DNA of 64,000 nucleotides from Lytechinus pictus (GCF_037042905.1 NC_087248.1:14756001-14820000), one strand, 5' to 3'; shown: positions 12,701 through 25,035, numbered from the stretch's first letter. Notes: generated by a model from the letters alone, not told the origin. Program-made: numbers and translations.

Positions 12701-14545
12701 TTAAATAAACTTTTTGTCAGGGTGAACTTCCCCTTTAACACTCTTTAGTGTTATGTTCAATTTCTATAGGCTGTTATTTTAACACCCGACTTTGTGCTCT
12801 TCTAGGGATGCCTACTGGTGTCAGTTGTAACACCCAAGTTTTTAAAGTGTATTTGAAAGTTTTGATTCAGGCAACTGGTTATTTTTTTCCCCATGATTAT
12901 CTCTCCTGCAAGGGAAAACCCCTAACTCACGTCCCCATGTAGGTTTTCCGTGTAGGAGATTAGACGTGGGCACCAAGTCTCAAAGAGTTTGATTAATATC
13001 CTCTTAAATTTTGAATTAAAATTGAAGATTAATTCTTACCCCATATAAGAAGGAAGTAGTCGAAATAATGCTTGATTTATTAAGTTTTGACTTATTTTTA
13101 GGTAATTGTGAATCTTTCTTTGACGGGGCCAGGAGATAAGAGCAAGAAATTTTAACCTTTCCCTATATAATTGATGATAACCTAGATATCCATAATCATT
13201 ATGAAAAAAAATCCCACAACAGTGTAATGATGGCAAAAGTAATAATGAAAAAAATATTACAAAACCATATTTTCATTTGAAAAGTTATCAGTTTAAAACA
13301 CTGATAAGTTTGACTTTCACGGTTCTAAAGTCGTATTCTCTGTTTGGATTTAATAATCCAAATGTTGTTATGCTTTTTATGCTTTGGAACAATGTGAGGC
13401 AGAAATCAAAAAAAAAATTTTTTAAGAAAAACACATTACCTTGAATTTTTCTATAGAAAATGAAGTGATCACTCAAACAAGAATATGTCTACTTATCTTG
13501 CAAATAATTTGAAAGATGAAATATTGAAATCTCATATTAGCATATAGATTACGTTTATCTGGGAAATGATAAAGCTGAGGATTAGTGCCCCCTATATTAG
13601 AAAGATTGACAATTCTTAGATAATTGCATTATCAAGGCATTTTGGGGTAATCTTTAATTATAAACAATATTGTCATGTAATATCTTTACCATTGTCATCA
13701 TCATGAAAATGTAATCTTAGTTTCCAAACTTCTATATTGCCATTCCCAGTTTTTGGATTATAAAAGCTTGGCTTAGTCACATGATACATGTACTTATACC
13801 ATTTTTTTCTCCCTTATGTTCACCCCATCGGCAATTATATAAACAGTAAATTGAAAGCTTTACCTATATGGAAGTCATATCGCATTGTTAAAATTAATGC
13901 TGTAACATTCTTCATTTTAGAGTAAAATCTTTTTTTCCAATTTCTCTTAAAAGTTTAGCATTCATTCAAATAGTAAGTCTGTATTATCTTTTGTAATGTT
14001 ATTAACTCTGACAAAATCCTGTTTATGTTTGAAAAGAATAATTGTTGTTTTACTGACAGAATAAAGCAACACAACGCACCATTTCTTCTCCTTTCCAAAC
14101 CAAAAAGTATATTCTTCGAAGTTAACTCGAGAGTAAACAAAGGGGAAGTTATCCACGTTGCTTCTTTACTCCAGATATTTCTACTGAAAATCTATTAAAA
14201 AAGAAGAAATTTCAACTGATAACTTATATGATAATACAGCATTGCATGTAGGCCTACCTTTATGTTTTGTAAGTCACTTTTCAGATATAAATCCACTGTA
14301 TATAGCAGCACTATATTAGTTTGGTTTTGTAAGAAAATTATAAAGCAAAAAATTTAGCCTTTTTCATATCAATTTTCTTCTGATTCCCTTCTCTCATGCA
14401 AGACACGATCCAATACTGCACTAATCTACTGGTGTGAAAAGCATAAAGTCCTTCTGTCTCCCATGCCTTCAGTCGGTGAACTGAGCAAAAACCCTTTTAA
14501 TTATCTATATATTTGATATTGGGTAACAATTTTTGAATTAATAAA

Positions 14546-14752
14546 CACTGAAGTGTAAGGATGTAAAATAAACCAAGATTGGATATGCATAACCGGCTAA
14601 CGTTGGATTTATTTTGAAATCTCAAAGTTCTTTAATTCAAATCTTTTAGTTTTGAATATTAATCCAAAGTTTTAAATCTGATTGTAATGTTCCAGCTGGC
14701 CATCTTTTGACAACCACCATGGATTTAGTTCAAATCCTTGGAGTTAAATGAG
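14546..14752. mobile_element. Degenerate copy of the CACTCTAAATT fold-back MITE
   Basis: aaggatgtaaaataaacc...aaatccttggagttaaatg matches the copies at 57544 and 61886. Confidence 0.55.
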
Positions 14753-15170
14753 GAAGGATTACTCTATTGAATCTTCTTTATAGGAATTGATATTATAATA
14801 CTTGATTTTGATCTCTAGTCTGAATGCACTTTAGGTAGACAGGTGTAGTGTCTCTACGCTTTTCATCTTCATTTCATACCTTATTAAAAAAAATGTTACC
14901 AGTATTTTCATGAGGAGGTTTTGATAAGCTTTAATCTCTGTTGCAGGTGGTGTATGAAATATGAATATCATAAGTCATTAGCTTTCTATTGATGATTAAA
15001 GAATGCTGTATACTGGATAACACTGAGGGAGAGATACGGGAGAGATAAATTTGGTTTAAATGACATTTAAATGAAGCCTCCAGATGGTTTATTATATCGT
15101 GGGTTTGCCGCAGTAGGCAATAATTTGGGCTCATTTACACTAAAGCAGGTATACAGATCATAACTATTAA

Positions 15171-15565
15171 AGATAAAAGACAGTAGTTGCAGCAAACAAT
15201 TATTTCATGAGAAAGTCTTTTAAATTAAGGTTAATTGTGAAAATATTATCATTCATCTAGATATGGTACAATCATGTAAACTTGTCTTTGTAATATCATG
15301 AAATCTTAGCTCAAACTAAATAATTCTGTTGTTCACTAATGCGGAAAAGCATATGTGGGACAGTGTATTAATATTGCTTCAAGAAATGCTAGACATTTGA
15401 TGGAATTTCGTGCTTATTTTGCTCATTTCTCAGCTATTACGCATTTTCTTCCAGAGATATTTGGCACATTTTTTTTATATTTGTACATACAAATACTTTG
15501 GTGGTAATTTCATTGGATTCTGTTCGAACTCATTTTGAGATCTTTACCACAACTGGTATTTATCT
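15171..15565 (+). mobile_element. Kolobok-like MITE, family 2 copy 1
   Basis: TTAA TSD at 15167-15170 and 15566-15569; ends agataaaagacagtagttg / caactggtatttatct; collinear with the copy at 22512. Confidence 0.85.
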
Positions 15566-16318
15566 TTAATATAGCAGGAAAAATTGTGCATTGGAAAAGT
15601 TTGAAAGACAGACTTAGATTAAAAAATGTTCATGCTGATAATAAGCTTTAAAACCTCATTGGAAGTGCAAATGAATCGAAAAAATTATCATTTTTATAGG
15701 TTATTTCAGTTTCATTTATTCAAAACGGCATTTAAAATATTTACAAACGTGGTTTGGAAGTATGAATGCAATATAACCACAATTGTATTCATTAAAAGGT
15801 ACATGTATATTTATGTCTGAATGTATAAATAATTGTTATCAATTATCTTTTCATCTTGTATTTTCTGTCAATATTCAAATGAATACCAATTTATAATGAC
15901 CATGGACCTAATAGGTCCATGTAATGACTAAGGATTAGGCATCTCTGTTTAGCTCTTGAGAAGCTACTATGTATCCCTATTTAATTTGGGATGTGTTTCA
16001 CTTGAATTGATTGACTGGCATACAAGCTGTTGTGATAATTACCAAGGTCGCTGGTTTCCTTTTTTCTAACCACCTTCCTCCTGTTGTCGTTGTTGTTTTA
16101 GTTTATATGGTGCTTGTCATTCAGTAGTGAAAATTTGCGCAAAAAAAAAAGAAAATAAAAAATTGTCAGAAGTGGGCTTGGCTAGGGGAAGCCTGTTGAC
16201 AAGGCCTCACGACTCGGTTCATTTTCAGTGGCTGGAATGAGACTAGCTGGTGATAAACAGAGTGATTAAAAAACAGTGAAGATTACGTAATATTGGGATG
16301 TTCTCCAGCAATCATTAA

Positions 16319-16480
16319 AGGGGAAGTTCACCCTGACAGAAAGATTATTGTAAAAATAACAGAAAAATCATAAAAACTATAATTGATAAAGGTTCGAGGA
16401 AAATTTAAAAAGTTATGTATAGAATTTTTATCATTTTTTATTTGTGATATCATATGCTAGCAGCTTCCCACGTATCATAG
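16319..16480 (+). mobile_element. Truncated left arm of the AGGGGAAGTTCACCCTGA Kolobok-like MITE
   Basis: TTAA then AGGGGAAGTTCACCCTGA; matches 9769-9828 joined to 11299 onward. Confidence 0.75.
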
Positions 16481-16561
16481 GAATTTGTTTTAATGGATAA
16501 ATTTACAGATTTTAATTTGGTCAGGTGCCCAATCAAAATAGAATATCTGTGTATTTTTGTG

Positions 16562-17518
16562 TTTTTGTCTCACCTGCATAGCAGAGTGAGACTATAGGCG
16601 CCGCTTTTCCGACGGCGACGGCGGCGGCGGCGTCAACACCAAATCTTAACCTGAGGTTAAGTTTTTGAAATGACAGCATAACTTAGAAAGTATATGGACC
16701 TAGTTCATGAAACTTGGCCATAAGGTTAATCAAGTATTACTGAACATCCTGCCTGAGTTTCATGTCACATGACCAAGGTCAAAGGTCATTTAGGGTCAAT
16801 GAACTTAGACCATGTTGGGGGAATCAACATCAAAATCTTAACCTAAGGTTAAGTTATTGAAATGTCATCATAAATTAGAAAATATATGGACCTAGTTCAT
16901 GAAACTTATACATAAGGTTGATCAAGTATCACTGAACATCCTGCATGAGTTTCACGACACATGACCAAGGTCAAAGGTCATTTAGGGTCAATGAACTTTG
17001 GCCGAATTGGGGGTATCTGTTGAATTACCATCATAACTTTGAAAGTTTATGGATCTGATTCATGAAACTTGGACATAATAGTAATCAAGTATTACTGAAC
17101 ATCCTGTGCAAGTTTCAGGTCACACAATCAAGGTCAAAGGTCATTTAGGGTCAATGAACTTTGGCCAAATTGGGGTATTTGTTGAATTACAGCCATAAAT
17201 TTGAAAGTGTGTTGGTCTAGTTCATAAAACTTGGACATAAGAGTAATCAAGTATCACTGAACATCCTGTGCAAGTTTCAGGTCACATGATCAAGGTCAAA
17301 GGTCATGTAAGGTCAAAGAACTTTGGCCACGTTGGGGGTATTTGTTGAATTGCCATCATATCTCTATAAGTGTATTGGTCTAATTCATAAAACGTGGAAA
17401 TACAAGTAACCAAGTATCACTGAACATCTTGTGCGAGTTATAGTAGTTTTCAAAATCAGCACTGCTGCTATATTGAATCGCGTGATGCAGGTGAGACGGC
17501 CAGAGGCATTCCACTTGT
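16562..17518 (+). mobile_element. Second HINE (pearl/DINE-1-like) family with ~162-bp core repeats
   Basis: T-run flanks; subTIRs tgtctcacctgcat (16566-16579) / atgcaggtgagac (17485-17497); (GGC)n microsatellite near 16610-16632; four and a half core repeats; ends CTTGT|TT like the 11701 element. Confidence 0.88.
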
Positions 17519-18799
17519 TTTATAAAATACCTTGGAATTACCTCGAAATTTTGGGATATAATCTTTGTCAGAAGCTTTCTAATATCTGAATACTGAATAA
17601 AAGTAGATGTTCAAACGGCTATTTCAAATAACAAAAACATTACTGAGAGAGGGTTCTAGATTTAATTTCAATCCTAACTGTCGGGAAAAGAAATGCCGTA
17701 TTTAAATTCTAATTGGTAGACGATGACAACTATGCATTTGCAATATTGTAATGTTTGATGGTACTCAATTAAACTTCTCATTACTTTCCCCTTTACCAAA
17801 GCTTAATAATAGTTAAGCATGTCTTCACATGACATGAAATTCTTTTTAAATACCCCCCCCCCCCCCGGTTTAAACATTTGTACAGTCGTTCCCTTTTCTC
17901 TCTTTTATATCATCTTCTATGTCTTCTCTTTTTAGAAATATATGAACCCTACATATTTCAGATATCAAGAGAGGCCTATACCTTTAATCACTACGTATGC
18001 CAATAACCCATTAGTCAAATGTAAGCACCCTTCATCATGCATTAGAATGAGGAGGGATAATAATGACCTGGAAAAAAGTATTTCCCTGTATTTTCAATTC
18101 CGTAGATCCTTCGGTGCTGTTTTATTCATGTTTCACATTTCTATACATCAATCCTCCCTGCCTTAGCTACAACATGATCGTAATGAATTTGCCCCTCGGC
18201 CGTGCGCCATCCATTTGTTTAATGCTCCCCTATTTCCAATTATCACCTTAAAAACAATTGACACGTACCTCTTTCTTTTTCCGGGGGCCCTCTTTCTTTG
18301 TCTTTGTATACGTTTCATTTTAGCAGGCTCTATGTTTTATTCTAATCTTCTTTTCATCTATGTGCTGTATTCCCTTGAATAGTGACAGAGGTACCTGGAT
18401 AGGAATTTTCATTTAATATCAAATGGCAGAGAGAAAATAGCTATGAGGGATAAAAGCTTATGTAAGATAAATTCTTATGTAAAAATTTGTAAGTTGAATT
18501 CCAATCCCTTTCTCCCTGTATGCTTTCCTTATTATTTTCCTGCTTTTCTTCTTGGTACTTTATTCTGGAGCTCAAGAAAGGGAATGCCTGCGCAATCAAT
18601 TTAATCTCTTATTTTTGCCTGCTTGTTGTATTCGCATAGACGAGGGAAATATGATAGCTGATCATCAATTTGCTATTGAGGCTGGGGGAGAATTTATCGG
18701 GGAAAATTGTTGAGCTTGATATAAAAGAGGCATCTTTCAGACAAAGTCTTTTTCAGCACTATTGGCATACATGAAATAATAATAATTTGGTTATTAATA

Positions 18800-19026
18800 A
18801 TGCACTGGTCATCGATCCATTCAGTTATTTTATCATACACTGTGTGCACATCCTCCACTCCCTGGGGAGGAATTCCAGGCAGTTACCATTGAGGGGCACA
18901 CAGTACAGGACAAGCTACAATGACTTTCACATCCTACCAAGAGTGACAATGTGTGGACTGATGCCTTGCCAAAGGACCCATGCAGCAGCGGTATTCAAAC
19001 GCAGAACCCTCTACAACCATTCCACC
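18800..19026 (-). mobile_element. Degenerate tRNA-derived SINE
   Basis: Reverse B-box-like ggtattcaaac followed by aaccctc and aaccattccacc; body resembles the other minus-strand SINEs. Confidence 0.5.
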
Positions 19027-19030
19027 AACC

Positions 19031-19270
19031 GGGCATGGTGGCTCAGTGGTAAAGCGCCCTCCTCATGAACAGGAGGTCGTGGGTTCGAATCCTGGCCGAG
19101 TCATACCAAATAATTATAAAAATTTGATCTTCTGCTTTCTTGCTAGGCTCCCAGCATTTAGATTGGATAAGGGTAATAAGATTAAGATATTGTGTTATGT
19201 AGGGCCTACTGGTAGAGCATTTTACTAACTGAAGTGGCTACCCTGGGTAAATACCGGTAAAACATTATTT
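19031..19270 (+). mobile_element. tRNA-derived SINE, near full length (Meta-SINE-like core)
   Basis: A box TGGCTCAGTGG 19039-19049, B box GGTTCGAATCC 19082-19092, gagtcataccaaa core, stem-loop tail agggcc...ggctaccct; second copy at 58454. Confidence 0.85.
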
Positions 19271-19780
19271 ACCATGGATCTTCAATAGACAAACTCACAC
19301 TAGCCTTCAACAGGATTAGAATACCTGTATTAACATGTGTATGGTATTGTCAATTGCCCGCCAAGAATAATGAGTTTTACTCTCCTAAAATGTCCAAACC
19401 ATATCTAATTTGACTTTCTAATGATGCGTTTTTCGTTAGTGTGAAAGAACTCTCAGCTTGACTGTGCAAAGTATTGGAGGTGCTCAGAGGCATTTAGGTA
19501 AATTGATCGCTGTTTTCAGAAATTTGATTATATATTTGCCTCGTGGTTTTAGAATATTACACTGTTCTTTTCTGTTGCTATCCCTTTCTCCATGTTATTC
19601 TTGGTCTTGAGTAACAATGCGATACATTGCGAATTACCGTTTTGGATGTTCATTATCTTCTATATCAAATTGATAAAACAGCTACATTTATATGAAACAT
19701 TGTATGAATTTCTGGTGGCTACAAAAAACACTTCCGTAGGTACTTTCACACCTCCATTAGAAAGCAAAAAACAATATCTG

Positions 19781-19923
19781 GTGGGTGTTTCATAAAGTTG
19801 TTCGTAAGTTACAAAACACTGGTCATCCTTTCTTGTAGTGAGTGATACCACATTTTAATTGGTGTTGATGAAAGGATTACCAATCGTTTGTAACTTACAC
19901 ACAGCTTTATGAAACACCCCACC
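19781..19923. mobile_element. Short Harbinger-group MITE
   Basis: TIRs gtgggtgtttcataaag / ctttatgaaacaccccac with inner gtaagttac / gtaacttac. Confidence 0.75.
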
Positions 19924-20181
19924 TAGCATATTCACTCTTGCCTGATCAGAAGATATACCTGGTATTTCCTGATAAGTGTAGTACACCCAATCACAAGTCC
20001 AGGTATTTTGCCAGTGCGAAAGCAAAATATGTGTCGTATATGGCCCTTCCTTTTAAAGAAATACCTGCAAATTAGGTTGTCCTTGTCAAAATTAGGAGAT
20101 CTGTCTTAGAATTTCTCCAAGATTGCAGCTTTGGACATTCATAACTTCTGAATGCAAAGTATGAGAACTATTAAACACAAT

Positions 20182-20659
20182 AGGTGGTTTCAAACCGCCT
20201 CGATCACAAGAATCCCCGTTAAATTACGAGAATTTTTTTAGGCTGAAAAATACCCATTAATTATTCCTGCATTCACACCGCCCTGAAACATACCCTTCGG
20301 GATAAGTTCCTGAAGTTACGAGCATGCGCAGTATGGTCTGATAAGCAGCAAGGCGCGAAATTCAAAATCACTAGCCCAGCAGCAACCCATGCACGGCGCC
20401 GCACACAACGACACGCTGGGCTAAAAGTTCCCGTAATTTGCTTTCAGACCGCCAAAATACCCACGACCTTGGAAAAATCCCCGCGAAAGTTCTCGTAATT
20501 TCGCCAAGTACCTACTATTTATCGGCTATTTTCTTTCGGGGATATTACGCGTAGTTTGCTTTCACACCGCCAAAATACCTGGTATTTTCTGATCGGGGTA
20601 AATTTCCCGATCAGAGAATACCTGGAACTGGCGAACTTCGAGGCGGTCTGAAACCACCT
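20182..20659 (+). mobile_element. PHIS-group MITE with ANT target duplication (Pangu-like), copy 1
   Basis: TIR AGGTGGTTTCAAACCGCCTCGA / TCGAGGCGGTCTGAAACCACCT; TSD AAT/AAT. Confidence 0.9.
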
Positions 20660-21390
20660 AATGAAGAATACATACTCCTCTCTTTAAAAATGAGAATGTC
20701 TCATCACAGATCATACACCTAAACTACAGTACTCATACCACAAGATTATATCAAATGCAATCTTTTTTAGGTTTGGGTTGAATCCTTTAACTTTCAAGAT
20801 CATGAGTTTATTGTACAGTAATGCCGAATAAAGGAATTAAAGGAGATTAGTTTGATGTTCAATGAAGGAGTAGACTGAAATTGTATTAATCTGAATCTTT
20901 GCAACGTGATCAATTCATCATTCAACCACAACAGAATATTTTGTTTCGATCTGTAGAATTGAACAACGACCCTCACCTTAGTAACAGGTGTATCGTCGGA
21001 AGCGCTATTTCTTACCAAACACCAACCTAAAACCTTAATTAGCTATGTATGTTTTGTTTGTATAGTGCAAACAGAGCTTTGTAATTTCAATTGATAAGGT
21101 CATGCTATATTAATCAAAATAACCCATTTAAACGGTCTCATGTTCTGTTTCGTCTGCCACAAAGCGCTAACAAAATCAATAATTTGTCACCTCGTTGAGT
21201 GTACCGTCTATGACTCCCTAATTAACTCCCCTACTTGTAGTAGATAAATGCCATGGTACATTATGTGCATACTCTCTTTTTCTATTTTGGAGCAATGCAG
21301 TTTCTCATACTAATACAGTCATATGCAATCATAGAAAACAGGCCCATTGTCCACTAACTTTCATTATACAGGGCCCTGGTCAACATTTAC

Positions 21391-21671
21391 CACTGGCGAA
21401 TCCAGGGGGGGGGGCACAGCCTGCCCATGCCCCCCCCCCTTTTGAGAGGCACAATAAAAATTTGTAATGTTAATATGTCTATATAAAACTAGTGTGCCCC
21501 CTACCCCTTTTTGAAAGCAAGGACCCTTTTCTTTTTTTTGCTTGTCAAAGTTGTTTTTTCATGGACGAGATGACCTTAATATTTGGGAGAAATTTTTTTT
21601 TTTTTTGCTTGTCAAATGTTTCCTCAGGAAAATGTGCTACCCCTTTTGGAAAAATCCTGGATCCGCCCCTG
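21391..21671 (-). mobile_element. hAT-like MITE (CAGGGGCGGATCC family), copy 3
   Basis: Ends cactggcgaatcc / ggatccgcccctg; TSD acatttac / acattaac. Confidence 0.85.
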
Positions 21672-22511
21672 ACATTAACCACAATGATAAAGAGGATTTG
21701 TGTGAGGTTTAACAGGTTGCCAAATCAGGATTCTAGTGAACATGGTGGGATTTGAACCCTTGCACCTTCAGTCAAAGAGACTTGTTATTCAGCTGCCATA
21801 TAAGTGCATTGAATACCCAGGTACAATGGGCAATTATATTTTCTGTGTTATTTTTTTATTCATATTTTTACCACTTATGCTATGAATTTGTCTTGAAATA
21901 ATATATTTCTCTCTACAGGTAAAACTCTACTCTTGTACTATACAGAGAGATCTCTTTTCTAGGTTTTTCTTATCTTATGCATAGGGAGCTATTGAGATGA
22001 TCCTTGCATATTGTACACGATGTACTTTAATAACATATCTTGAGGCGAACAACATTTCTGAAAAAATATGCAACAGTGTAAATGGGATCATAGCTGATCA
22101 TTGATTTGTATGCAGCTTATATAGCCCTCTTCACCCCACTCAAGTCCTTCGTCCACACGGTATCGACACCGTGAACATCTGCCAGTGATGACACTGAAAA
22201 CAGTTTCAAGGCCAAAATCCTGCAGCAGGGTATTTCAAGGGCAAATTTCTCTACTCTCGCTTATTTGTGATGAAGGAAATTTGGTTAATAAAGACGGAAA
22301 TTGCATGGAATTGTCCGGGAGTATTGATTGTGTTGAGGTGAAATCTGTGCGTTTACAAGCCAGGTAGATATGTAAGTGATGTTGCTCTCTCTTTCTCCAT
22401 CTATCTCTCTTGCACTCTCTCTTTCTCTCTCTCTTACCATCTCATCTGTCTGCTTTTATCTCCCCATTGCTACAATTTTTCTATCAGTTTGACTGTTCTT
22501 CGTTGTGTTAA

Positions 22512-22895
22512 AGGTAAAAGGTAGCAGTTGCAGCAAAAAAAAAATCATGAGAAAGTCTTTAAAATCAAGGTTAATTGTCACTTTATTTTCATATATCTAG
22601 ATCTGGTACATTAATGTAAACTTGTCGTTTGTGAAATCATGAAATCTTAGCCCAAAACCGATAATTCTGATGATCACTAACACAGAAAAGCATATGTGGG
22701 ATAGTGTATTTATATTACTTGGAAAAATACCTGACATTTTATAGAGTTCCGTGTTTTTTCTCTCAGCAATTACGCATTTTCTTCCAGAGCCACTTGGCAT
22801 ATATTTTTATTTATACATGCAAACACTTAGGGGGTAATTTCATCGGATTCTGTTCGAACTCATTTTGAGATCATTACCACAACTGGTATTTATCT
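22512..22895 (+). mobile_element. Kolobok-like MITE, family 2 copy 2
   Basis: TTAA TSD at 22508-22511 and 22896-22899; collinear with 15171-15565. Confidence 0.85.
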
Positions 22896-23274
22896 TTAAC
22901 CTTAATATCCCTCCCCTCTTTCTAATTGCCTTCATTCTATCTCTGTCTTTTGGTGAGCGTTGTCGGACATTTATCAACGGTTATCACAGTAGCAGTATTT
23001 TCAGCCAATCAAATATGTTAACAAAATGTCACATCCGACAACTTTTTGGACGACATATGTTGATGAAACATAGATGCCTGTCCTCTGTTTTTCCGAGCAA
23101 GTCTCTTCCCATCTCTTCTTCTGTTGATAGTAACTCCCGCAGGAACTCGACAGGACAGCTTTTGCTGGTAAACACCAAGCTGGTATATAACCAATTACCT
23201 CGGAAACATTTTACGTCTAGGTAAATCAGTCATAGTGGCTGATGTTATAGAAGACAGATATTACTCTTGGGTCT

Positions 23275-23370
23275 TTTTCTCAAAGTGGAGACAATGGCAG
23301 AGTGGGGATTTGAACTCACAACCCAGCGATTATGAGTCCAATGCTCTATCCACTGGACCACATGACCTAT
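23275..23370 (-). mobile_element. tRNA-derived SINE head fragment
   Basis: Reverse B box ggatttgaact and reverse A box ccactggacca. Confidence 0.65.
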
Positions 23371-23962
23371 TTCTTCTGTCCCTTCCTGTGCATCTCTGCC
23401 TGTCTCACTCTCTGCCTCTCTGTCTGTCTATCGCCCTCTCACTGTCTCCCCCCCCCCATGTGTTCATTTCTCTATCCGTCTGTTTATATAGCGCTCTCCT
23501 TTTCCTCCATTCTATATTCTCTCTCTTTTACCCCCTTTCTGTTCATAATGCATTGTTTGCACAGATGGATTCACACGTGATCTAGGCCATATGGGAGAGT
23601 TCATGACCCATAAACCGTTTCAATGATTAATGAGATGAAATGATATCGAAGAAAGATTGCATGCCTAATATTGTATGAAAATTTGATTAATTTCAATTTT
23701 TTTTTTAAAAGTGTATAGGTTTTTTTAATGGCTTCATTTCAACTCAATTTTTATACATGCTCCCACCAAACACTCTGGAATGAAAGTGACAATGAAATTT
23801 TGGGTATTATATGTTGGTCGGTATTCATTCGGATAAATACTCCTTTTGCAATGAATATGAAATCATAATTAATTAATTGTAATACTTATCACTTGCTTAT
23901 CAGAAGTCTGTAAGTACTCTATGATAATCCTACATAAGTACTCTGGCTTTATAAGTACTCTG

Positions 23963-24846
23963 GCTTTATAGACAATGACACTATAAAATTATTATATAAT
24001 TGTTTGCGAAATTTGGGGAAACCGTTCAAAAACGCAGACCAACAAAATCATTAAACTTCAAAAACGGGCTGCGAGACTTATTCTAAATTGCAACATGTAC
24101 ACTCCTTCTAAAGATATGTTTACGGAGTTAAAATGGTTACCATTTAATCAACGTGTCAAATATTTCAGATGTGTCTTCATGTATAAATGCATTCACAACT
24201 TATCTGCTGACTACTTTGGCAAGTTTTTTCTCCAACTTGGTGAATTTCACCAAATTAACACCCGACAATCAGCAAGAGGCGATCTCGTACTCCCTAAATG
24301 TCGCACAGAATACCGTAAAAACGCATTATGCTATGACGGCCCTTCCCTATATAATAACCTACCAACTGAAATAAGATCTCAAATTAGCCTTGCATCATTT
24401 AAATTTCATTTGAAGAAGCATTTAGCATTAGCTAATCATGACCCTTCTTTTTAAGCTGCACCTCATTAACTTACGTAATTTACATTCGGCCCTCTATTTT
24501 GATTCTTTTGTTCGACTCACATCTTCAGCTTACTTTCTTAATTTTACAGATTTTGGCTAATTGTAATTGTAACAATACACGTCTTATAACTTTCACGTCA
24601 TCTGCTTTTTAAATAATTGTACTTTTATTGTCAATTGTATGTTTCATTATTTCCTTCACATGTACTTACTAATTTATTTATGCCTCTCTTATGTTATGAT
24701 GTTGCTATGTAAATGAATTGTTATAACTGTTATGTTATGCTATGTACACTGTCACAGGGCCCCATGGGAGACCAACACATTGTTGAATGGGCTTCCCTGT
24801 TTTTAAATAAATAAATAAATAAATAAAATAAAAATAAATAAATAAT
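23963..24846 (+). mobile_element. 5'-truncated CR1/L2-group LINE (ORF2 C-terminus, 3' UTR and (AAAT)n tail)
   Basis: Translates FIDNDTIKLLYNC / CEIWGNRSKTQTNKIIKLQKRAARLIL...LKWLP...NTRQ...GPSLYNNLPTEIR...SFKFHLKKHL, the typical post-RT region; stop at 24454; 3' stem-loop cagggcccc...gggcttccctg; (AAAT)n 24805-24846. Confidence 0.92.
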
Positions 24847-24849
24847 CAC

Positions 24850-25035
24850 AGTGGCTATTATTTGCTTTTGCGTTTCAAGGAATCAATTCCTGCTAGGTTC
24901 CCATTCGCTTCACCTGGGTTGAGTGCAGCACAATATGGATAAATTTCTTGCTGAAGGAAAATAATGCCATGGCTGGGATTTGAACCCACGTCCCTCTGAT
25001 TGAATGGCGAGAGGGAGAACCACGAGACCATGACT
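24850..25035 (-). mobile_element. tRNA-derived SINE (same family as 62520)
   Basis: Shares cacctgggttgagtgcagcacaat..ggataaatttcttgctgaaggaaa..ccatggctgggatttgaaccca with 62520-62765. Confidence 0.85.

Larger units (their letters stand above)
9769..12734. mobile_element. Kolobok-like MITE carrying two nested insertions
   Basis: TIR AGGGGAAGTTCACCCTGA / TCAGGGTGAACTTCCCCT, flanks ataa / ttaa; RR..YY termini with TTAA target fit Kolobok; a partial sibling at 16319 shows the uninterrupted left arm. Confidence 0.8.
9415..12849. mobile_element. Old CACTA/EnSpm-like MITE interrupted by nested insertions
   Basis: Left end cacagcaaattctgtggtgtt, right end aacacccaagtttttaaagtg; internal AACACC/GGTGTT motifs on both sides of the inserted elements; TSD not clean. 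Confidence 0.5.

Noticed and set aside
13095-13106. Further AG|GT juxtapositions (about 13101, 14946, 37096, 43110, 60048)
   Set aside because: Weak donors or poor pyrimidine tracts; expected by chance in AT-rich DNA.
19031-19102. tRNA-Met-like gene (CAT in loop); similar heads at 58454 and 63862
   Set aside because: Acceptor stem does not pair and the sequence runs into a SINE body and tail.
24095-24454. 119-aa ORF as a host gene
   Set aside because: It is the C-terminus of a LINE ORF2 with an upstream frameshift and a LINE 3' tail.
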